A stretch of DNA of 64,000 nucleotides from Bugula neritina (lineage: Eukaryota; Animalia; Bryozoa). The translations under genes were made by a program, and so were the position numbers. Below the pieces are notes generated by a model that was not told where the DNA came from, did no database searches, and saw only the letters and a program-made list of their open reading frames with translations. Location of the stretch: assembly GCA_964035545.1 (NCBI GenBank), contig OZ037769.1, positions 15,716,633 to 15,780,632 on the forward strand, read 5' to 3'. Shown piece by piece: positions 54,101 through 64,000 of this stretch. Position 1 is the first letter of the stretch; each line of letters begins with the position of its first letter.

Positions 54101-57100
54101 ATGAACGGCTTAAAATCCTTCAACTGGACAGCTATCTTGTCCTGATTACTCTACTCTATTATAAAATATATTCAGTGGTTAGAGTAGCCCTAGGAATGCC
54201 TGCTACGGCAGTTGATATTGGGAGCTACTAAATTATTGATTTGTCTAGACCAGAGAGCAACGACTCAAAGGACACTGGCTATTTATTTCGGACAGTATTA
54301 ATTTATTGCTTTACATTACTACTGATATTAAGCTACAAATGTTACTGCTACCCAGCTATTAGCTGTTGAATTCAAATCGATTAATATGAAATTATGTTTT
54401 ATTTGAGTTCCATTGAAGTTTTGGCTTGCCTTGTGCTTTTGTTGGTTACATAACGGTTTACTGATTTAATGATACTATAAGCAATAGCGTGGTACTAGCT
54501 GTTGGCCAATGAAACACGAGGGTTTATTGCTACACGTCATGTTATCATTTTGCCGATCATCATGACACGTTAATGTGATGCATTACGTAAAGACCACTAA
54601 CACTATCTCCATTTTCATTGGCTGTTATTTGTTATTACTACTCACAACAAGTGCCCCGTTGGCTAGTAGTCACAAGAGTTAATGGTGTTTATAGTCACAA
54701 CTTGCTATAAACATTAAAACATGCAGCAAAAAATAAATTTTGATGTTTTAGTCTTTAATCAGAGTTTTTTTAACAATTCTATTTACTACTACATTATACA
54801 CTTACAAGGCATGGCACATATGCTATGCAGACTTATTCTCAATTTATGTAACAGTTTTTTTCTTGTGGATTGTCAAAGTTTCAACTCCTCCCATTTCTTA
54901 CAGATTTTGCAAGATCATTTTTAGCGAAGCAAAATTAATATTCTCTCTCCATCCGAACACTGTAGTGTCTCATTATTCACTTTTTTGCTATGAAATTCTA
55001 TCTCCTAACCCAAGTTCTTAGCATGGTTGATTGTTACCTTCTTTATTTCAACTATGAGGCAATTGTATGCAAGAAGATGGCTCTACATCAAACATTATTC
55101 AAGTTGAGTGTTGCAATGTGTTTACGTTCCAGTTAAACAGCCATGAATGACTGAAAAACTCCCAGCCAAATCAGAGATAAGAAGGCAAATATTGCGTAAG
55201 TTATATCAGCCATTCATACGCTTCATGACAGAGGAGTTAGAAATTAGGGTGGATGTAACTTAATAGGGTTAGGTACACATTGCACCAACACTCGGCTTAT
55301 CAGCTTAGAGCTTTGTATTTTATTGCTGATGATTTCATCTCCAGTCCATTCAGACCTAATTTTGTCGGAAGTACCATCCCTTTGTAAAGCAATATTTACC
55401 AACGGATGGGCCCAGTATCTCCTTACAAAGCAGTTCATTCAGAAGACTATCTCAATACCTACGAGGACATCTCATCAATCAACAGACAGTCAAATTCTTG
55501 GCTAAAATTAAGTTCAGGGGGTGGTTGCTGTAAGCCGTTAGCAGACTTGGGCCCGATGGGTCTCCTTTGTTTTTGACCCGCATGCACTGGGAAGCATAAA
55601 CACTTATTATCAGACCCATTCAATTTGTAATTTGCAATCAAATTTTTGTGAATAAAAATTGAACTTAAAGTTTGATGTGAACAAACAAGGAATGCACTGA
55701 CTGTTTGACTTACGTGTAAAGGGAGTAGAATTGCCACATTCTTTGTTAAGTGAAAAGCTGTCTCCAGTCAGCTACTCAAGGGAATTCTTTAATTCACTAC
55801 AAATTCAATCAACAGGTATTCAACTTAATAACTGGGGGTGTAGCAGAATTGGCAACTTTTGAAATGCACATATACAGCCCACATCTCCTTGCTGTACAAT
55901 ACGTTTGTGGGGGTAGCAACTGTAAGTGGTGGGCTAAGACCTTTCCTATGAACATCTACTGGGGGTGACCTGGATATGCATTGTCCTTGGGGTGTGTGAT
56001 GTCCCAGCCCACCAGCTACCCCACATAGGAAACGATATGTAGGCAGCTCAATTAACTTAGCAATAAACCCCAGCAATTGTTATCAAGCACATGACAGCTG
56101 CCTACTCAAAATATTATGGAGAATTCGGTAACTGGAGTAACGGAACCAGCATAAATGTAGTTATTCGTGATACATAAAAACTTTGACCGAAATTATGTCA
56201 CCTATTGGCTCTAAATCAGCCCTCAATTTAGTATATTTTAACCTATTTCTACGGCAGAACTTTTATGTGTTGGAATTTTTGTCTTTCCCGATTATGTTGC
56301 CAAGCGAGCCAACTCTTTGAAATATAATTCTTAAGCTTTATTACAAAATTAATCCGTCAGGGAGTTGAGAAACTTCCTTGTCCTAGATCTTATGTCAAAC
56401 ATGGCTGAACTCAACTCTGCTTCAACTTACAATACAAATATTTTAGGAATTTCTTTTTGACCCATTCTTTGAAATTAATCACTCAATTCAACCTTGCGTT
56501 ATGGTTTACAACATAGTTGAAAATGTGTTTCTCATTTTTATTGGCAAGTTTCAGTAGAAATGTTGCTCCATTGTCACAAATTTCTTAACATTTTGATTCA
56601 AACGCTCTATTGGGTACGAGCTTCCTGTTCCCTGGATGTCACTCAGTCGGAGCGTTGCAGACCAACTATAAATAACTCAATTACTTGGAAAATGGAGCAA
56701 CTTTTATGAAATATTTCAACAGTTCAACATGGAGCTGTGAAATGTGGTAATAGCATAGAGAGAGGGAGTGCAATCATATTTCCTCATGCTGTTAAGGCAA
56801 TTAACATTATATCCCTATTTTCATTCCATTTATGGTATTGACCAAGGCTTCCTCGTGTTTTACAAGTTAATAATATTTTGGGTTTGTAAAAATTAGACTT
56901 TGCCCTCCTTGAGTTTAGAGATAACCGAGTTGGTACAACTTTGTACCAAGCCACGTGCTGCAGTGGAGAATGAATATAAACATCTCCAAGTTGCTATCAA
57001 TTATGAAATATTTTTGTTTGATTATGAGTTTTCGCTGTTTAGATAGCCTTGAAGTGTTCGTGTAATGGTGCTCTGGCCCTCACATATTTCCAGTGTACTT

Positions 57101-58226
57101 TGTTCTGAGAATTTCACCTTTGATCTGTAAGTTTAGCGCTTTGAGATTTTCTGTCACATGACTTGCAGATGTACTGGCATGTGAAAGTAAGTTAGGCGCA
57201 TATCATGTATATATTAACAGCAGCATTTTCCTTTTCTGGCTGTCGTGTTTTAGGTCAGCGCAATTTGCTGTTATGACAGCGCTGTTTGCTGTTGTGACGT
57301 TACATCAAGCATTTCATTGCCTTCAAAAATGGCTGGAATGGATTGCATTATTGAGATATTACAGTTGTCTGGAATGCAATACGCTAATGATACTGTGAAT
57401 CTTGGAGATATACACAGAATCCAGGGAGTTTGCGAGAGGTGAGACTAACTCCCCCATCCCAGTGCATCTATTAGCCTGAGAACTGAGCCTAGTTGTGTCT
57501 AAATAGGTTAATTACAGGAACTCGAAGCCATTCATCATGTAATGATAAGAAATAGTTTGCCACTTATGGTAGTCAGTTAGTTGATAGCTTTCTGCTGATT
57601 TCATTCTCCAATTGGATGAGTAGACTTTTGCTGCAGATTACATTAAGAATGATTCTTCCAGGGATGACCTACATAGCATAGTCTGAGGGTAGAATCACTG
57701 ACAGCTATTGCACAAAATAAACACCAATTTCACAACCATGAATGGAATGCATGTGAATGAATAGTTGTGGTCCGGGTTTGCCTGCATGAAACTCAAGTTA
57801 TGAAAGTGTAGCTCTTCCGGCACCCCAGCCGCCAGTGTAAAGCTGCTAATGATATCTTTGAAACATAATGCAAAGGAATGTGTGATGTTAATTAGCAGAT
57901 GAAGTTAATAATGCTGTCTAGCTGTGTGGATGTCACTAGGTTAGATTAGATAAGGCAGCAATGCTCTCCCTTAGCCAATTAGTGTTGAGTAGAGTAGTAC
58001 TCCATACACTCCCAAGTCAGAGAGAAGGACTTGACATTTGGCTTCTCTATGCATCTAACTTTGACTATGTACTTAAAGCTTTAGGAAGCCCCATGAGCCT
58101 GGAGTACGTAAAGTTTATCAGTTGCCAAGTTTCTAAGTCTATTTACTAAACATTCTAGTCTTACAGATTGAATTGATCTTGGCTACATTTCCTGGCAAGA
58201 AACTCTCTTGTGTTTACATCTGGTCA

Positions 58227-58377
58227 TTACTACTACTATTACTACTACTGCTGCTACTGCTACTGCTACTGCTACTACTACTACTATGCTACTACTATAC
58301 TACTATACATACTACTATATACTACTACTACTATACTACTATACTACCACTATTACTACTAATGCTACTACTACTAT
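58227..58377 (+). repeat. (CTA/CTG)n microsatellite
   Basis: Read directly from sequence. Confidence 0.93.
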
Positions 58378-60627
58378 CAGTTGATTAGCTAATAGTGACT
58401 GACAGCAACCTTATAGTGGCATAATAAGGTCATCACTCTCTCAAATACTGCTGCCTATTACAATAAGAGGGTTTGCAGCAGCAAAAGGAGCTACACACAT
58501 GATGCTGTGCCCTAATAAGAGCTAATTATCAGACACACGGACAGACAGACTGCCAGACTATTGAAATAATGCTCTACATTGCATATACTTCACATTTCTA
58601 GCAATTAGCCCCTACTGGCTGCAACCTGTGAACTAATAGTCTTATGTGTTAGAAAGCAGGTAGACTGGTGTGTGAATGAATGAATAACCCATTGTTAAGA
58701 AAAAATGTGCATTCATATTGAAGCTATTATAGTTTTGTGGCTGCACTAAATATCTGAAGAGAAAGGTGGGTGTAAGAATCTACACTGCGCTGTGATACCT
58801 GAGCTAGCATTGTATACCTGGTATACGTCTCAGGTAGGCAATCTGGTGAAACCCAATTCATGAAATCATGACTCTATACATTGCGTTGTGTTACACAATA
58901 TATTACTGGCCATTACGTAGCAAATAAAGAATGTGAAGAAATGCTTTTTGACGCTGCAAATATCCATAAATTTATCAGCCACTCATCATGGTACAATTTT
59001 CATCACTGAACCGTTTAGGTCTACAAAGCACGATTCAATGCTGTTAGATTAGCAAATTCCGCTTTACCTTTTCTAGGTACAATAAATTATTCAATATTTC
59101 GGAGTAATTTAATAGGTTATTCACCCTCTCTCTTGGGAAGAGCATTAAGTCTTTGCTACACAAAACCTCGGGTGGCTACAAATGCCAACCATCTTCATTA
59201 TTGGAGAAACTTTGGCCAAGTATGTAGATTTATGGTAGCTTTAGCATTTTATGCAGAAGTTTGAGGGGTGGCTCTAATGTCGCCTCATTAAATTAACATA
59301 AGAAATGAGGCTCTTTTAAGAATTCTGTACCTAGTACAGTACTAGTAACCTAGTTTCTGGTTTATTAATAAATATTCATGTACTTTTTATAAGTGAATAA
59401 ATTCTCCAACCATATAATAGATTTAAATAAGCCATGCTAGACGCACTAGCTGTCTATACTTGAATTAAGGTTATTGACATGCACATTGGGATGGTCTATG
59501 TTCTATTATTGTCAAATATGTGCCACACCAAAAAGTTGAACTTTTTATCAACGTACAACTTGCCTGCGGAATCTAATCTATATTTAAAACATTATGTTAA
59601 TTTAGGTTTTGAGTTAAGGTAAAGCAATAATTGCAGCAGACAAATATTACCCATCTTCTAGTAATCAAATACCTGCAGGTGCTTCAAGGTGCTTTAGTCT
59701 TGCATTCATGTTCAAGTTGTTCACATGGATTGGAGAGGCAAAGAGACAATAGCAGAGTGTAGTTTACATATTACAGCGTAGATAGTGCAAGGCATTTGGG
59801 AGATAAGTTGCTTAATATAAACAGACTTACATTGTCTGGCCTCATAACACAATGGGAAAGTATTTCATTAGCTTAGATTACTGCTAGGTGTGTAGAGGGT
59901 TAAGTCTGCAGGTATGTTAATGAATACATAAGCCACTAGCAGAGGCCCAACAGCAAAGCAAACTATGGTTACGCAAAGCCAAGGCAGTTAAGCTCCCAGT
60001 TTGAAAGGGGAGTTTCGTGGAAATGCGATATTTGAACAGTTATCTTGATTGGAATCATATGCCATTGATTATAAAAACCACAAACTGTTGCTATCAGTCG
60101 AAAGAGACGCTCAACTCTGGCAACCTGCCAAACAGCATCATTCTAGGTCTGAAGTTGCAGTGACTTTCCTCTTCCAGGAAGTTAAATAAAAGTTGCTGTG
60201 TTCATCACAAATGTCATTATGTAACTTTAAAAAATGCAAAAACATTGTGAAATTGTTGTTTTGTCTGCACTACGAATCAATAACATTTTTGATTGATGTG
60301 TTATTCACAACTTTTATTTATTGTTTATTAAAGATTTTTCACAATTTTATGGCAAAAATTCATAAAATATTGATAGTGTAATTGCATCAAAATAAATAAG
60401 TATTTACAAATAAATTAACAGTAGGCAGTATAGGGACAGTACAATGATCTATTGCACGGAAACAGGTCAAGACCCGACAACCAATGAGACGGCTGATATA
60501 GACAATTGAAAATAATTAAAAATTCAAAATAAATTAGGTTAACTTTGTATTTACAGTTGCATGTTTGTACACAGCCAATATATTAACTATATACAGTTTG
60601 TACAGAGGTGAGAATATTTGTATTCCA

Positions 60628-62789
60628 TTAGATGCCCTCTTCATCGGAGCTGCCGCTACTGCTGCTGCTAGCAGCCGACTCTACGGAGCCACTGTTGTTG
60701 AGAGTGCTGAGTTTGTGGGGAACACTGGGAAGGCAAGTGATATCCTCTACGCTGGACAGACTGGACTTCTCGGCAACTCTCATCCAAGGATGCTGAAAGA
60801 TCTGCTCTATGGTTGGTCGGTTTGAGGATTTGACTTGGAGACATTGGGAGATGAGGGATTGTACCTCTGTAAAAAGAGAGCAATCATTAATTCAATGTAC
60901 TGGTAGTAGAGATGATTCAATTAGCCAAACATGCCTTATTAATAGCTGATGTATGCGTAGTATTAATATTTGTACAGCTCTGCCAACAGCTAAACTAAGA
61001 CACCATAAAAGCTAATCAATGTACTAACTTTATGACCAACTCGGACTAATCAATACTGTCATTAGATAAGTTGGGTAGAACACACACCTAGTGAGAGAGT
61101 GGGCTTGAAGTGCAGCTCAGCCTTGCATATCTGCTCGTCCAACTCGAATGGAATATCCCCACACACCATGTCATACAGGAGGATACCGAGTGACCATACA
61201 GTGGCAGACCTAGCGTGGTATCTGTGCTGTTTAATCCACTCAGGTGGGCTGTACACTCTTGTGCCTGGAAGGAAGAAAAGCAGTTGGTTACACACACAAT
61301 CACTAGTGTTTGTTGGCAGGCCCTAGCTACTGTTAGGTAAACACTGGTTACATAAACTAATCAATAATAGTGAGCACAATGCAGATACAAACACTGCATG
61401 TATTTTTATATTTCATTTAGCTGTGAGCACTCGACTGACGTTATGAAAATCAATAGAAATCACAACACCAACTACAATCAGCCCACTGTAAGCGGCTTTC
61501 ATTGTGGCCGCATAACATTTCTAACTGATTAAACACAGTTAATAATACAACAGAGTACAAGGTTGTAATTTGCACTGAATTCTATTGATAGGCAAATTCC
61601 TAGACGGCAAACCTTTAATCTATTAAAATATTTCTAATAATTGCCAACCCATGACCTGGGAAGAGACAAGTATATTTGCAACAAGAACTCACCATCAAAC
61701 TCTGTGTAGACGGACTCCTTTAGGAAGGCCCCGCTGCCGAAGTCAATCAAATGCAGCTGCCCAGTCTTGGTATTAACGAGGAGGTTCTCATCTTTAATGT
61801 CTCGATGTACTACTCCAGCCTTGTGTACTTCGTTAACAGTTTCTAGTATTTGTCTGAAGAAAGCCCTAGCAGTGTTTTCAGGGAGTACTTTCTTCTCTGA
61901 TATGTAATCAAATAGATCCATGCAGCTGTCGGGCCGCTGGAGCACCATGATGAAACAGTGTCGCTGTTCGAAGTAGTCCAACAGTTTATTTACGCCTCTA
62001 ATGTGAGACACTTGGCGAAGGAGTGCAATTTCAAGTGGAATTTGGCGTTCTCCAGCCTACAAAAAGTAGAAAATGTTGATTACAAATCAAATTTAGTTAA
62101 ATTTTAATCAGTGCAAATTAACTCTTGAAAGATTTTTATTTAAATTTGAATAATCAAATGCAGATGCTTACATTTGGTCTATACCACTCGGTGACTTTGC
62201 TTTTATCCACAACTTTGACAGCTACTTTGAGTTGGTCTGATTTTCTAACTCCACTATAAACTGTACCAAATCCACCGCTGCCTAGTTTTTCTCCAGTGCA
62301 ATGATATTTATCCATAAAGCTCGTCATGGTTGCTGCTAAAAATAATGAATATGAAATTAAATTACAATTGCTAAAACAAATGAGTAAAAATTTGAAATAA
62401 GGATCCGTAGTTTTAGCATTTACTCTAATTAGTTGGCTCAAAGTAATATTAATCTTAGTATGAGTGTATTTAATTTAATTCTAATAGTAATATAAAAAAT
62501 ATCAAATTATTTAAATTATAACCGAGTGTCGAGTTTAACTTGATGCAATCAGCCAAACTCAAACTGCTAGTTTCCAATATTAGTACGAGAATAAATCAAT
62601 TTGCAAAACTAAATTGCTTTAGTTTGCCAGCGTTCATTCTATTTCATATTGATCAGCCTTAGATTAGACATGATGATTACCTGCTGCCGATGATTTAGTG
62701 TTGTTGATTCGAGTATTATCCAATTTTTGAGAGGTGTGAGTAGTTGAATTACTAAATTCCAAATGATGTCCAGTCTTCATAGCTATCAT
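60628..62789 (-). CDS. pim: Pim-family serine/threonine kinase; exons 62789-62681, 62335-62172, 62056-61693, 61264-61088, 60866-60628
   Basis: Motifs [24 protein letters not shown], the Pim-type hinge [38 protein letters not shown] and [21 protein letters not shown]. All splice phases are consistent. Confidence 0.95.
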
Positions 62790-64000
62790 TTTAAATACTA
62801 TTTGTTAAAATGCGGAACTCGTGATGAAATCAAAGTACGCTTCCACCAACAGTTGTATTTGAAATGCCAGTGTGTAACTGGTTCCTGCTAATATAACAAC
62901 GATCCTATTAACATGAATGGTACGGCGATTCGACGTTTTTGCGTAACAATAACTAATGTCTACAATTTTATTAGTACTGTTTTTAATGTTTTTGCTGCAA
63001 TAACTTAAATATAAAACATTTAAAAAAGTTTATTTTAATTTTTAATTTAAAATGTTTTGTTTAAACGTATATTTACTAAAATAAAAACCGTTTTTTTACG
63101 GCGGAGTAATAATACTTGTCTGGCATAGTCAAGTGATATTTGGCGCACATCCAAAATAACAGAATTCCCGCTCGCAACCAACCAATCAAATCTCTCAAAT
63201 TCTACTGAGTCATTGAAAAATGTACGCATTCCTAGTATTACAATGAGCTGGTTGTAAACGTGTAGCGTGGCAATAGCAGAGTAGTGACCTCGGTATAGGC
63301 TACTTTTCTCACGTTTGTTTAAAGCCTTCATCCCTGTGAGAACGTTGATGGTTTTGAGGGCTTCACAGGACATCACGACTGGATACATTTCCTGATAACA
63401 CCAGTAGCCATGCAGAGGTTTGAACCAATCACCTAGGTCTACTATACTCTTTCCTTAGCTACTTTGCTATTAAATGAAAAAGAAAACTAAACATCAACTA
63501 CTATTAGTATCACCATGGCCTCCTATCCACACAAAATTCCATCTAGTATTTTAAGAAACTCATCAACTAAATCACTTACAATTTGAAAATCAAACCATCT
63601 GCAGTGGTGACACTATACAAGGAAACATCAAACAAAACAAATTACTCACAGAGAAAATGAGCTGTTAATGTTGTTAATCACAGTCACAAGTGAAAGTGTT
63701 TCCTTATTGCCAAATTAGTTGATGATAATCCCATCTGTTGTCTACTGAGTGTAAACAACTTTAATATGAGTAACTAGTTGAATAGACACCGTTTACATAA
63801 TAATTTTATGTAATCGGCAATAGCAATGCTATGAGGGAATAACTCCAAATCTGTGGTCAAATATTTATTATAATTATAATATCTTTGAACAAGGTGTGTA
63901 AATGCTGCTCGATTTGCTTGAATAATAATGACATGGGGAATATGATTTAAATTGTTGTACTCAAGGCTGCGGTTTTATTGCATATTTTAAAAATTATATT

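Noticed and set aside
35026-58388. Poly-Thr, poly-Ser and poly-Leu ORFs at 35026, 35056, 40169, 48924 and 58173
   Set aside because: These are (CTA)n microsatellite translations.
63047-63388. 113-aa ORF upstream of pim
   Set aside because: No recognisable motif or splice support; it lies in probable promoter or intergenic DNA.

Overview
AT-rich, microsatellite-rich metazoan (probably invertebrate) genomic DNA with spliceosomal introns. The first 19 kb are gene-dense. They hold the 3' part of an NHL-repeat gene (+), an hnRNP A/B-type gene (+), and two tandem class-V aminotransferase/cysteine-desulfurase-like copies (-), one intact with a His-rich tail and one pseudogenised. A 3-exon gene for a Met/Gln/Pro-rich low-complexity protein (-) follows. 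About 41 kb (19-60 kb) has no recognisable coding sequence, only satellites, SINE heads, MITE-like elements and motif clusters. A 5-exon Pim kinase gene (-) lies near the end. The most striking non-coding feature is a perfect 618-bp palindrome (448-1065) in an NHL-gene intron. Each arm carries a ~210-nt highly structured element ending in a type I hammerhead ribozyme. The antisense copy is complete, while the sense copy stops one base after the cleavage site. A possible decayed relative, interrupted by a SINE, lies at ~33 kb. All calls come from reading the sequence; no database searches or folding programs were run.
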